Shown here in pieces: positions 45,081 to 60,735 of a stretch of 64,000 nt of DNA. The stretch is from the human T2T-CHM13v2.0 reference genome, Homo sapiens. The stretch lies in assembly GCF_009914755.1 (NCBI RefSeq), contig NC_060929.1; one strand, written 5' to 3'. The number at the start of each line of letters is the position of its first letter. Position 1 is the first letter of the stretch. A program made the position numbers and the translations under genes. The notes beneath the pieces were generated by a model. That model ran no database searches. It saw only the letters and a list, made by a program, of their open reading frames with translations, and had not been told where the DNA came from.

Positions 45081-45819
45081 AAAAACTTAACATTAAGTAT
45101 TGTTTATTGAATCCTATTAAAATTAAATATAAACAAAATTATCATCTTGGGACTTAGAATCATTTAAAATAAAGATCGACCCTGTAAGTTAACCTAACTT
45201 CTTAGAAAAGGACATCTTTCCCTCTTAATGTCCTATTTATCCAAACTCTACTTCCATCCTAGCCGCCTCCTAGAAGGAGTAGGGTGGGAGAGGGGGAAGG
45301 AATAATAAAAGAAGGAAGAGTCAGAGGAAAGAAGAAAGAAAGAAACATAAAAGTTCTTAATAATTAAAGTTTAATATTATTCAATAATATCAGTTTGGCT
45401 AAACCTAAAAGGGCTACTCCAACATCTTTACATTAAAGAGACTATGATATGAATGAATGGCAATGAGTGGTCTAATTAGAACCAAAGGACATTTACCCTG
45501 GATTCATATCCTCTTAAGTCAGAACTACATCTTAAATTTCACTAAAATTATCTCCATCTCAACTCCATTTTTCCCCTTTAAACCTCTTATACTTCATTCT
45601 TGTGGGGTACATTCTAAAAGGTTTTTAAAAATCTTTTGAAGTGACTACTTGCTCGGCATATCTTTGAGAAAATATTCATTCTTCCAACTTTCCATTAGCA
45701 TCCCCTAAGGTGTTACTCTATATCCCCAGCTGTCCTCCATTTAGAGCTGCTTCAGATCAGTTGTTCTCATATTTTCCTTTTATCTGCTCTAAAGAAGAGT
45801 CCTTATTGTATCCCACCCT

Positions 45820-46750
45820 TTCTTCCCAATAACCAGATTCTTAAATAACTCACTAGAGAATCAGACTTGTATGTATTCAACTAACTATTGGTATCTCCTC
45901 CTAGTGATTTTTCAGGCACCTTAAATATTCAAACATTTATTGAAGAGCCTCAGTATGTTCAAACTAAATCCATCTGTATACGTTCTAAGCTGTTCCTCCT
46001 CCATTCTGTTAATCAGCTCCACAAATGGCACTACCAGCCATCTAACTGCTCAGTCTATAAGCCTAAGTGTTTAACACCTCCTCCTTCATCCTCCCCTTAC
46101 ATTCATTCATCAAGTCCCTCAAGCTCATATTGGAAATATCTCCATATCTCCTCATCTCTACTATCGCCATTCTAGTCATATCAACAGGTCATTATCTCTT
46201 CCTTGCTTCTGTAATCTCCTAACAAATCTTACTGTATCTAACAGTGTCCTTCAGACCCAATCTCCTCTTAGCAGATGTATTACTCCTTTTAAAAATGCAA
46301 ATGTAGTAGCTTCCCAGTGCCCCTAGAATAATGATCCAAATCCTTAAATCCTACAAGTCCCTCATCTGGTCCCTATCTATTTCTCATATTTAATCCTATA
46401 CCATTCTCATTCTCGTTTTGTAGCCACACTGGCTTTCTTTTATATTCTCAGAAGTGGCAGGATCTTTTCACCCAGAACCTTGGCAAATGATGTTGCTTTG
46501 CTTTGAATGCTCCTCCCATTCTTTGCTTACGTTAACATCTCCCTTGCCTGGCCCCCAATCTATCCTCAAGACATAGCTAAGAAACTTGCACTTCCTTCCT
46601 AACACTTAAATAATTAATAATGCCTTTTCCAAGCTCTGTTTTTGACACCAGACTTTAAATTTTCAAAGAGTAGCAACTATATACTTGTCTTGGGCTGAAT
46701 GTCTAAAGCCAATTCATGTAATGGCAATAAAATATTTTCTGAGTAAATAG
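45820..46750 (+). mobile_element. L2 fragment
   Basis: Degenerate L2 motifs (aaatggcactacc, cagtgcccctagaata, tagccacactggctttc). Confidence 0.6.
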
Positions 46751-46754
46751 TAAT

Positions 46755-46990
46755 AATAGTAGCAAACATTTGCAAAGCAGTCATACTGACATAAGGTCCT
46801 TTAATAACTCTCCATTCACAACAAATCTTCACAACAACCCCATAAAGTAAAGGTCCTTCCAGGAACCCTTGGCAGTCAAAGGGTTATATAACCCACCCAT
46901 GGTCACACATCTAAATAAGTCATGAAGTCTGGATTCAAACCTAGGCAATCTACCTGCCCTGGAGTCTAGAGTCTATTTTCTAAACGTGTA
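46755..46990 (-). mobile_element. MIR
   Basis: cttcacaacaaccccat...catggtcacacatcta...ggattcaaacctaggcaatct. Confidence 0.65.
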
Positions 46991-47150
46991 TATTACTTTT
47001 CCTATGTTACAAAGTCTTTCAATAAATAAAGATGCTGAGGGAGAGGGAGAGTGAGATGCAAAACTGGAAATTAAAGGGCTATTAGTAACATATACTAGCA
47101 GACAAACTAACTACAAAAGATGGTCAAAGTATAAGACAAGAAATTTTAAC

Positions 47151-47577
47151 CAGACACTCTTAATTTGTGTGGCATAATCCTCTTGGCTGACTGATGAAGT
47201 CGATGGACTCTTCTCAGAATAATGTTTTTAAAACAAAAATAAGATATAAGACTATAAAATAAACCAATTATATTGGAATAAAGTTGTGCAAAATACTTTA
47301 AATACCAAATTTATGATATAATGTACATTCTTCCTTATTAATTCATTTTAAATATAACTATAACTACTATATATGAGAACATATGTGATTTCTATCTGTG
47401 ACAAAGTCACAAGGCTGTTAATATTACTATTTTTATGCCTCCATTTATAATTAAAAGAAATTTAGGTTAGAGGTTAGTAAAATCAAAGATGTGATTTCTA
47501 TTCCACAGAAGCCATCTAGATTAACAGACCACAACCTTTAAATCCTATCATCCCAATCCCCTGTTTAAGAGCCCCTG
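47151..47577. mobile_element. hAT-Charlie-type element (MER119-like)
   Basis: TIR-like ends cagacactcttaa and ttaagagcccctg, with internal atggactcttctcagaataatgtttttaaa. Confidence 0.6.
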
Positions 47578-48659
47578 GCCTAAACAGCACCACTTATATA
47601 CTACGGATCCTTTCCACAATATTCTTTGCCCTGTGGACCAAAAGGAAAAAACGGTCTGATCCACATCGTCTCTGTGATGCACACTATTAAGAGCACTGCT
47701 CTAGATTCATTTCCTGACTACATAAATGTATATGATTTTAACTTTAATACTGGGTATATTCAGATGATTTGATGTAAAACAACAGAGCCCATTTTTTTCT
47801 GTTTCTGTTAATAATACCAACATCCATGTTTCAAAACCAAGAAAAATGAAGAGTCCATGGTTCCTGAACTCAGGCACTCAGTATAACATCATCATTATGT
47901 TAGGCCTCTGGGTAAGGAATTCCACTAGCTTTTATCTTTTCTTGTTTCCTTCTCACTCTGTTAAAGCAAACATTTATAACAAACAATCTCAAAGGCAAAT
48001 AGTCATGTTTGAATGACTTTGTGCTGATTTTTATTAGAATAATCAAGGAAACACATTAAAGTTCACACATCTAAGGTAGACCAATAGATGAAAATAAAAA
48101 GGTTAGTAATACATATCAGTAACCCAGAAAAAAAAGTTATAAATCAGACATTGTACATGTAAACAATAAATTTCCTATAAATTATTTATCTTACCTTAAA
48201 AAAAGTACTCATTAAAAATAGGGATTGGGGGAAAAATCAGGTAGACTGAGAAAATTTTATCATGTCTCAGAGTAGCCTTTGCTATGCCATCTGAAAGCTT
48301 AAAGTAATTTGTGAGAGAGATAATATCAGCAACTACATTATAGATTAACACTATGCCTCTTTATATTTTTTCAAAAGAAGATAATTATTCTCTACAATGA
48401 TAGCAGAAGTAAAATGATACTATTTTCACCACTTTCCTTTTACCTTTACACATGGAGAGTTTTAACAATTTAACAAGAAAAGTCTTTGTTGAGCTAGAAA
48501 GAGACTATTCTATTGAACATAATGATGTAGGTTCTACTGGGAACTACTATTGTAAGAAAGATAGGCTATCTTAAGTAAAAAGATACTCTTTCACAACCAC
48601 TGCCATTGAAGGAGGAGAGGTTGGGAACAGTTTTCTCCAATCTTCCTGTTTCTACCATG

Positions 48660-48693
<34 letters not shown>

Positions 48694-48729
48694 CACAATA
48701 AATTCAGTTAGATTTCAACTCAGAGTCAT

Positions 48730-50540
48730 AATAGAGTTACTAGTATTTGGACATCTGGACATGCCTTCTCATTATAAACAACTAGACAACTGTATAAAAT
48801 GTATTAAACTGTTTCAGATAGGGGAAAACAAGCAGTATAGATCTATGATCCTTGAGAGAAGGAAAACAAAGGAGATAAGCCCCATAAACATGCTGGCTTT
48901 CTGCCTGAAGGCAGTATCTGGGCTGTGACACAAGGAAGAGGAGCTCAAAGAGAATACTGTGACCTTGCTACATTGAGAAGAGTCAGAGTTCAGGGAAACT
49001 GTATGGCACGATTCGATTGAAAAGGGATTTATGCAGAAAAATAACTCTAGAAAGTCTCCCTAAGAGTTCCTTTAAGTCTTTGGCTGAATACTAAGTTGTA
49101 TATGCATAAGGTGAAACTGCAGGAGACTAGACAAAGAGAACTACTGGAGAAAACTTACTGGAAAGCTCAAAGCTTAACAATTCCCAGAGCTCATATAGGG
49201 AATAGGAGTCAGTTGAGTTGCAACTACCCAGTCTGCAAAGGCCTCATGGAATACTCATATTCAGTAGTGACCTGAAAAAGGTCACAACTCATAAGAGAGC
49301 TAAACTATCCCTAGAATGATCAGGCTGCTTATAAGAAACTTACCTGCTGCCAAAATAAAGTTCAACATTTGTTAAAAGGGAGACAACAATATCCAGACAC
49401 TCATCAACATAATATTTACAATGACCACCATCCAATACAAATTACTAGAGAAATTCACAGAAACAGGAAAACGTGATTCATAACCAGAAAAATATCAGTC
49501 AATAAAAACAAACCAGAAGTGATAGAGATTATGAAATTAGGAGACAAGAATATTAAGCCACCTATTACAAAAGTGTTCAATCACATAGAGGAAAATAAAA
49601 GCATAATGAGAAAAGAAATAGATTTAAAAAAATAAAAAATGGAACTGCCAAGAACTGAAAAAAAAATACATTTGAGATAAGCAATATAATGGATAGATTT
49701 AACTGCAGATTACATGCTACAGAAGAATAGATAAGCAAATGTGAAAATATAGCAATAAAGCTCCCTCAAATAAAAGATTGGCAAGACTGAAAAAATGAAC
49801 ACTGCTTCAGTAACCAGTGGGACAATGACAATAAGTTTAACACAAATGTAATTAGAATATAGGAATTGTGGATGGGAGAAAAGATAAAATATTTGAAGAT
49901 ATAAGGGTAGATCATTTTCCAGATTTGATAAAAACTGTAAGGCCACAGATCCAAGAAGCTCAACAAGCAGAATAACCAGGAAGAAAATAACTCTAAGGCA
50001 CATTCATAATCAAATTACTGAAAACCAGTGATAAAGAAAAAAAATCTTAAAAGCTGCCAGAGAAAAACAACACATTACATAGAGGGTAACAAAGATAAGA
50101 CATACAACTCCTCAACAGAAATAATACAAGCCAGAAGAAAATGGACCAACACTTTAAAAGTCATCCAAGAAAAAATAATAATCCCATCACCTGGAACTCT
50201 ACATACATTCAAATTATCCTTCAAAAATGAAGCAAGATAAAGACCATTCCAGATAAACAAAGGCCAAGAAAATTAATTGCCAGCAGACTGGTATGACAAA
50301 TATTACAGTAAGTTCTTTAAGCTAAAGAAAATGATTCCAGATGGAAACCCAGATATAGAGAGAAGTAGAAATACAATGTTATAAGGCTCTCACATTATAT
50401 GTGAAGTGGCATCATTTTCTATGAAGATAAACTGTGGTAAGTTAAGGATACATATTGTAAGCCCCCTAGCAACCATCAGTAAAATAAAACAAAGAAGTAT
50501 AGCTCATAAGCCAAAACAGGATGTTAAGTGGATTACAACC
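48730..50540 (+). mobile_element. Old L1M 5'UTR and ORF1 remnant
   Basis: ORF 50028..50240 resembles L1 ORF1p (EIIQARRKW...KLSFKNE). Confidence 0.72.
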
Positions 50541-52592
50541 AAATATACTATATATTCAATTAGATTTATCACTTTTAGCTAAAATCTTTCTTATGAGTAA
50601 CATGATGAACTTCTACAGAAGGATGTAATATACACCAGCGCTTTGCCTATTTCTTTTCACTCAAACATTAATTATACAGTTTTGCCATGTACAAAAACTA
50701 AAGCACCTCAGAATACTGACATTCCAAAAATTCAGTAATTACCATTCTGCCAAAAAAAGCAATAGATTCTTACTTAGATAAAATATAAAATTTTTGACAA
50801 ATCTAAATGATAGTTTTCAGCAGTCAGATTGGACTATATCAAAAGAATGGTAATTCTAAAATTTAAATTAAGATTAAGAGGTATAAATCTTTTCTCAAAG
50901 TGTGAGTTAAAAACAAAACATAAACTATTAATTACTAATACAATTCAAGACATTTCAAAAATAGATTTTGTTCCAGAAAAGACCTAACAGGAAAAAAATG
51001 GTCTTTATTTCTAAAATCTATACAAGAAACAAAAACACCTTTCCAGGGATCTGCACACGATTTTAGAAAGTAAACTCTGAAGGCTTATGAATTAATGAAC
51101 ACATGCGAAGGAGATTACTTGTCAATAAAATAAAAGACTTCTTAAACTGAATAAAATGTACCTGCCATTTTATATCATAGTATTTTGGCTCAATGAAGGC
51201 AAACAAACAAAAAATTTACCTTAAATATATAATATGTAACTTCAGTGATCTCTGAAAGCTATTTTATTATATAAAATATTTTGCTTTGGAGAGCTTCACC
51301 AGCTGGTACCATTTGCCCAGAGAGACAGCTGTTTTTTTAGTTTCCCTATCTCAGCATGTTTCCAACTGTCAGTTCTAACTATATGCAATCCCATAGTGAC
51401 AGAAGACTTTAAGAGAAATGGCTCATTAACTTGAATCTACGAAGTCCACTCTCTTCAGTGAATTCAAATTAAACCCACAGACAGGCTAGCTCATAACAGA
51501 ATTCCCCACACATTTTTGTTGTTATTCTTTTGCACTGTAGACTCAAAGTAAAATATTCACGTCATCCACTATAAAATCTTTTGCTCAACCCTATAAATGC
51601 ACTGACATAAAAGATGGTGGGAGAGGTGTATCTCCAAAGATTATGAATTATAGAGCTATTTTTATAAAAAAAGAACTTCCAAAAAAGTAATTTCCTTTGC
51701 AATGTAAATAAATGGCTTACAACTTTACAGAAATTAGATAATAAAGCTCAAATTTAAAATGTACAATGGGCTGTTAGAAAATTTCCAGTAAGAACTCTAA
51801 GAAGAGACTGACCATGCAGACCTGTAATAATCACAAGAGACAATATATATTAAATACTATATATATTTATATTTATGTTTAAATAAATATTATTTAAAAG
51901 ATTCAAAAATAGAAAATCAGTTTTTAAGTGTAAGGTATTTTTTCTTGTAAATAAATCATCTTTTAAAATTATTTGGAAAGAATTATAACAAAATAAGCAT
52001 GGGCCACCTGAGGCAGGCACATATTGCATATCTCTATATCAAGGGCATATCACTGAATGATAACCACAGTGATTTGATCAACAAGAACTGCTGTATACTG
52101 TTGACGGGAATGAAAAATTGGTGTGGCCAATATGAAAAACAGTAAAGAGGTTCCTCAAAAAAATTAAAAACAGAATTACTAAGTGATCCAGCAATCCCTT
52201 TTCTGGGTATATATCCAAAAGAACTGAAACCAGAATCTCAAAGAGACATCTGCACTCCCATGCTCATTCCAGCATTATGCACAATAGCCAAGATATGTAA
52301 ATAACCTAAATGTCCATCGATGGCTGAATAAAGAAAGAAAATATGGTTCACACACACAATGAAATAGTTTTCAACCTTAAAAAGAAGGAAATCCTGCCAT
52401 ATTTGAAGACATATATGAACCTGGAGGATATTATGCTAAGTGTAACAGGCCAGTCACAGAATGACAAATACTGTATGATTTCACTTACATGAGGCATCTA
52501 AAATAGTCAAACTCACAGAAACAGAGTAGAATGGTGGCTGCCAGGAGCTGTGGGAAAGAAGAAATGGAAAGCTGGTGTTCAACGGGTACATA

Positions 52593-53729
<1,137 letters not shown>

Positions 53730-56700
53730 CAGTTTGTTATACAAGATGAGCAAGTTCTACACAACTGCCATACAACATTGTGCCTATCGTTAACAATACT
53801 GTATTGTGCACTTAAAAGTTTGACAAGAGGGTAAATCTCACGTTACGTGTTCTTACCACAATAATATACATACATACATGAAATTTCATAGCCCTGTCCC
53901 AAATCATCACAAACAAAACAAAACTTGCGGAAACTAAAAGAAACTTCTGGAGAAATACAGTATTGGGTATGTAGTTATCTGGAGAGGAAGTCACAAAATA
54001 TGGCCCTTCTTCATTTTCTTCCAAATACTTTCCCCTAAATATTATAGAAGCATAGAACTTGAAGGTGATCAAATGTATGGAGACTAAGTCTCTTCTCTGT
54101 TGACTATAGGAACATTTTTTTTTTGCCAAAATTGCCAACCACATCACTTCTGAAATTATTCAGAAACTATCACTAATTAGGAAAGATGTGAAAGTTTTGG
54201 TATAATATATATTATCTATATGCCCATATCTATATATGTCTACCTAAATATATACATACACACATACATACACATGCACAAGTATACATCCATATATACA
54301 CTAAGGCATTAAACAGGTTTCTGTCCTTACAAAAAATAAATAACTGTTTCTCCATAGATAATTAGGTTTTGAAAATCATATAAATACGGACAAATAATTT
54401 TGTAAAATTATTAGAAAAATGAACAGGGGGCTTTTTGAACTTATGGGCAGTGCATTGTTTACTGACCTCAGGGTTGTGTGAGAATGCAGACAACCAGAGT
54501 GTTAAACTGATTTGTGAGATTATTCAGTGCACTTAGCATCCCAAATAAACTATTATTGGTTCACAAATCCAAGTCAGATTTCTTGCATTGGCCCCTATAA
54601 TATGTCAAACAAAGATCATCCTGCATTCAGGGCAACTACTTAAATTATTCTATAATCATTATCTCCAATGTTACATACTACCTTAAGTCTCCAAAAATAA
54701 ACTGCTTCCCTAAAATTAGATGTTCTCATTTCAATAATATTTTTATTCAAACAACTGGTGCCTTGAAAATGTTCCTCATTTACCAAAACATAAATTTGTT
54801 GTTATATTCTAGGAAATAATTATGACCTCTGAGATAATAATGTCTTGTTTAAAAGCAAGACAATTACAATTCTTAATCTTCTACTGTAAGTCTTCTACTC
54901 TGATTACAGCAATGAATATGCCATTGCTTAATGTGAAGTGTAATTCTTGTTCTCTGCCAGGTAGTTGGCTCAATCAACAAATATTTATTGAGAAGTACGT
55001 ATGTGCTAGCCATTGATCGAGGAATTAGGAATATAGAATAGAAAAGACAGGTGTCTGCTCTCAGGAGACAGGTAATTAAAAGTAAACAAATAAATTTAAT
55101 AGTTGTTTACCTCAGAGACTACATTAATTCCTGACTAAAACTTTCACCTCTAGTTTCTGTATGCCAAGTGAATTTGCCAGCTGCTTTTATTTCCAGTTAT
55201 CAATATGCTATGATTTTCATTAATATTTCCATCAAATCACCATCACTAAACATAAGTTGTTTGAGCACCTTGTCAGCCTCCAAAGAATATCTAGCTAAGC
55301 TAAACCAGGTTTTAGTAAACAAATATTTTATCTGTACACTGGCTATGTCCAGTCTATGTCAGTAGATTATAACGTTAGCATAGCACTAAGACAATTGTTC
55401 TAAGAACTGGATGAAAAGCGTTCAGATGAATATTGAATACTTCTTCCAAGAATCTCAGTATACCCTCAACTAGTTATTCTGTATTCAATAAGATATTTCA
55501 GGATCCTAAGCAAAGATAGAAGGTATACACGATCTTTGCGAATAATGTAGTCTACATACTTCTTAGCAATCGAAACCCACACTTAATGTTAGATTTCAAA
55601 AACCTAGTGCCTATAAACATTTTCACAAACTGGTCTTCCCTCTTTGAAATGCATCAATTGTAACTCCTGGAAAAAGTTATGGCTGTGTAAGGAGTTCAAA
55701 TACCTCTGCAATGTATGACTTAATAACTCAAGATTTGATAACCTCATGTATCCTCTGCCTCAGATTACTTCCTCTGTAGAAATAAGCCAAACACAACTTT
55801 CTGCACTGTAAACATCTTAAAATCAACTGACAGTCCATGACTTATACTAGTGTTTGTTAAGGCATTCCATTCAACTTTGAATACTGCTATATTGACCCTC
55901 ACATACTCATTTTGAATAAATTAACTTCCAGAATTCTGTCTAAATTCCTTACCACAAAACAAAGTAATCAGAATCCCACTGTCCTGATCAAACGGTTCAC
56001 AAATGCACCCAAAAAGATTCCCATAGCATATGTGTGTCTATACACACACACACACACACAGAGAGAGAAATATGTGGATGCATGAGTGTATCCACAAAGG
56101 AAAAAAAGGTTCAAGGAACAACTTGTGCACTCTCTCCTGTAAAAATCAGAAAGGAACTGACAAATTCATGAAGAGGAATAAAATAAAGAGCGTAATGAGA
56201 AGGCCCATCTGCACATGACATAATAGCCAAACATGATTTTTTAAAATCTTTTCCCTTTAATTTAACAAAATGTTCTTAAAACCTAGAGAGTATTGAGATG
56301 GGGATGTGGGGTAGAAGGAGTATCAATTAGCACATACTGTGGAAGTCAAATAGAGTTTATCTCTATTCGTAATAGAATTTATCCTAATTTTCACCTCTAT
56401 TATTTCCAAAATCCTAATCAATTTTGATAAATGAAGAAGGAAATAAAAAGATGTACAAATTTAGAATATATCCTTCCTTCTTCTGGCTCATGTCAGATAT
56501 ATTTGTAAAATATTTGTATGTAAAAACAAACTACATTTCATGCAAATTATACTTTGCATTAAATATTTACCTGAATAAAGATTATTTTTCCTGGAGCATA
56601 GAAAGATGGTAAAGGTTTAGTATAAAAGGACATTGGCTCAGAGCAACATACCAGATGAACATAAAAGGTTAATTTTAATAATCAAATTCATAATTCATCT

Positions 56701-57544
56701 AATCTAGGAAATGCCAAGAATAGTTTAAAGAGATATTCCATTTAACATGAACTAATGCACCGTCAGTAACAGTGAGGATGACTAAATGATTCTGATATAC
56801 AATATGCTTGTGTTTAATGACATCAATAGACCTGTAGGAAATTCACAATAGATTATTTGCCCAGTTACTGTAATGCTTATAAAACCATTACTAGGCTACA
56901 AATCTCATTCTACTTTTAGAACTGACCATGATCCAAGAAAAGAAAAAGAAATAGCATAAAACATATTATTCTTTTCTTAGACAGGTACATTTCAGTGCAA
57001 ATACAATTTTAAGAATGTTATGCTTTGTTTCTGGCACAGAAAAACATCTCTAAGCATTATTCATATTATTTCTCTCCCCTAAAGTTAACATACTTTAATG
57101 CCATATGGGCACAAATTTACTTCTGTTCATTTAAACTTGTAATTAAACTTTATAACATAGAAAACTGCTAAAGTAAAATAATCTCTTTCCACTGAAAGGC
57201 ATTTTTTTTTTTTCTAAAATAACATGGGTGATGTGCCAAATGGCTGGGGTGGTAGCTCATTATACCTTCAGAGAGAATCCAAGTTTGAGGCTTATCTTGG
57301 GTTCTCACACGTAGCAGCAAAACCTTGGAGTATTATCAAGGGTTACAAAGGGCAGATCAAATAAATGTCTGTATTCAGTGAATCCATTCAGAGAAGCACT
57401 AGTTGTTCAGTAATCTAATAAGCAATGCACTAGTAATCTATTGATGAATGCATCTTATTGTAATTTTATTAAATAACAGAACCCACATATCTAAAATATT
57501 CAAACCATTTCACAAGAAGCCCTTGTGCTGCCCAGAAAATGTTT

Positions 57545-59400
57545 CTTTTTTTAAGTTTTTTTAGAGCAGTTTTAGGTTCACAGCAAAATCGAGAGGAAGG
57601 TACAGAGATTTCCCATGTACACCCTGACCCCACACATGAACAGCCTCCCTCATTATCAACAGCCTCCTCCAGAGTGATACATTGACTGCAATTGATGATA
57701 AGCCTACATTGAGACATCATAATCACCCAAAGCCCATAGTTACCTTAGGGTTCAATCTTGGTGCTGTACTTTCTATGAGTTTGGACAAATATATAATGAC
57801 ATGTATCCATGATTACAGTACCATACATAGTATTTTTACTCCTTAAAAATCCTCTGTGTTCTGCCTATTCATCCCTCTTTGCCTCCAACCCCTGATTTTA
57901 CTCTCACTACAGCTTTGCCTTTTCCAAAATACCATATATTTGGAACCATACAGTAGGTAGCCTGTTCAATTTGGCTTTTTCCACTTAGAAATATATGGTT
58001 AAGATTCCTCCATGTCTTTTCATGGCTTAGCTTGACAGCTCATTTCTTTTTAGCACTGAATAATATTCCATTGTCTGGATGGACTACAATTTATTTATCC
58101 ATTCGCCTATTGAAGACCATCTTGGATGCTTCCAAGTTTTGGCAATTATGAATAAATCTACTATAAACATCCATGTGCAGGTTTTCATGTGGACGTAAGT
58201 TTCAACTTCTTTGGTTAAATACCAAAAAGTGCGATTGCTAGATTGTATGGTGAGAGTATGTTTACTTTTGTAAGAGCCAAACTATCTTCCAATGTGGCTG
58301 AAACATTTTGCATTCTTACCAGCAATAAATGAGAGTTCCTATTGCTCCACATCCTGGCCAGCATTTGGTGTTGTCAGTGTTTTGGATTTTGGCCATTCTA
58401 ATAGATATGTAGTGGTATCTCATTGTTGTTTTAATTTGCATTTCCCTGATGACATATGATATGGAACATCTTTTCATATGTTTATTTTCCATCTGCATAG
58501 CTTCTTTAGTGAGGTGTCTGTTGACATCTTTGGCTCATTTATAAAATGGATTGTTATTGTTGAGTAGTTTTAAGAGATCTTTGTTATTTTCAATAACAGT
58601 TCTTTATCAGATGTATCTATTGCAATTTTTTTCTCTCAGTTTGTGACTTGTATTCTCATTCTCTTAACATTGTTTTTTGTAAAAGTTTCAAATTTTAATA
58701 AGGTCCAGCTTGTTTATTCTTTCTTTCACGGACTATACCTTTGGTGTTGCATCTAAAAAGTCATTAACATACCCAAGGTAGTAGAGTTTTCTCCTCTTTA
58801 TCTTCTAGAAGTTTTGTAGTTTTGCATTTTGCACTTAGGTCTATGATCCATTTTGAGTTAATTTCTGCAAAAGGCATAAGGTCTGTGACTAAATTCGGTT
58901 TTTTGCATGTGAACATCCATTTGTTCCAGCAAATTGATTTAAAAGAGTATCCCTGCTCCACTGTATTGCCATTGATCCTCTATCAAAAATCAGTTGACCA
59001 TTTTTATGTGGGTCTATCTCTGGGCTTTCTATTCTATCCCATTGTTCTATCTGTCTATTACTTAGCCAATACCACATCATCTTCATTACTGTATATTTAT
59101 AGTAAGTCTTTAAGTTGAGTATTATCAGTCCTCCAACTTGGTTTTTCTTCAATATTGTGTTGGCTATTCTGGGTCTTTTGCCTCCTCATATACACTTTAG
59201 AATCAGTTTATTAATATCCACAAAATAACTTGCTGGGATTTTTATTGGAATTGCAATGAACCTATAGATTAAGTTGGAAAGAACTGACATCATGACAATA
59301 TTTAAGCTTCCTATCCATGAACATGGTATATCTATTTATTTAGTTCTTTAGTTTCTTTCATGAGAGTTTTGTAGTTTTCCTCAAGTAGCTCGTGTACAAA
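57545..59400 (-). mobile_element. L1MC1/2-like 3'UTR and ORF2 end
   Basis: ttagagcagttttaggttcacagcaaaat 3' terminus. ORFs 58316.., 58764.. and 58889.. are ORF2p remnants. Confidence 0.85.
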
Positions 59401-60735
59401 TTTGGTTTCTGATAATTTGTGGAAATTTTCAGTCATTATTGCTTCAAATATTTTCAGTATTCCTTTCTCTCTCTTCCGTCTGTTTCATTATGCATATTTA
59501 CATCATTTGTAGTTGCCCCATGGTCCTTAGAAATGCTGTTCTTTTATTTTTCAGAATTTGTTCTTTTTGCTTTTTAGTTTTGGGGGTTTCAATTGATATA
59601 TCCACAAGCTCAGAGATTCTTTCCTCAGTCATGTCCAGTCCACTAATACACTGATAAAAGGCATTCATTTTTACACAGTGCTTTTGATTTCTAACTTTTT
59701 TTTGTTCTTTCTTAGAATTTCCATCTTTTTGCTTACATTGCCCATCTGTTCTTGCATAATGTCCATTTATCCATTAGAGCCCACAACATATTAATCATGG
59801 TTGTTTAAAATTCTCAGTCTGGTAATTCTAACATCCCTGCCACATCTCGGTCTGATGCTTGCTATGTCTCATCAAATTGTTTTTAGTGCCTTTAGTATAA
59901 CTTGCAACTTTCTGATAACCAAACATGATGTACATGGTAAAAGGAATTGCTATAAATAGGCCTTGAGTAACATGATGGCAAAGTGTGCTGGGAGGGGAAT
60001 GGTTCTCTGATTAGGTCTCAGTTTTTTACTGTACTTATACCTCTAAACTATGAGCTTCACAGGTGTTTCCCAGTTTTTTCTTCCCCTCTTAGGTGGGAGA
60101 GAATGGCTAGGGTGGGCTGGAGTTGAGTATTTCCCTTCTTCTAGATAAAAGGATAGAGTTGATTGAAGTTGACTATTTCCCTTCCCCCAGATTAGTTAGG
60201 CTCTGATAATACCCCAACAAGTTAGGCTTGGTTAACTAATTTACCCTGAGGGTAGACCTTCTTAAAAAAAACAGAAAGCTCTGGCATAATTCAAAAATGG
60301 CTCCTTTTCTCCTCCCCCTCCTAAACACACAAGGAAGATTTTTCTGATATTTACTATGAGAACCTGGTTGAGCTTTTGGAGGTAAAACACACAAAAGTAG
60401 AGGGAGAAGCCATATCTAGGTCCCTCTGGAGTTTTTAACTCTTACACTTGTCTGCACTGAGTCTCTCCTAAAGTCATCGATTATAGTTCAGGTTTTTTTT
60501 TTTATGCCAGCACTCGTTCCCTTGGTGATGTCTGCGCATTATTTTCTGCTCCAGTAAGTTTGATTCTTTGTATTCACCTGTTGCACCCTCCAACTTTGGG
60601 GTTAGCAATTTGCCCTGTGACCTCACTTCTCTTACGAATCTAAAAAGCCTTGTTGCTTTAAAAGTTTCTTCTACTTTTTATTTATTTTTAGGACAGAATA
60701 GTAACTTCCAAACTTCTCAAATGCTAGACTAGAAG
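59401..60735 (-). mobile_element. L1MC/L1MD-type ORF1 start and 5'UTR (probably the same element after internal deletion)
   Basis: Abrupt jump from ORF2 to ORF1 text near 59400. Similar to the reverse complement of parts of 25450-26740. Confidence 0.65.
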
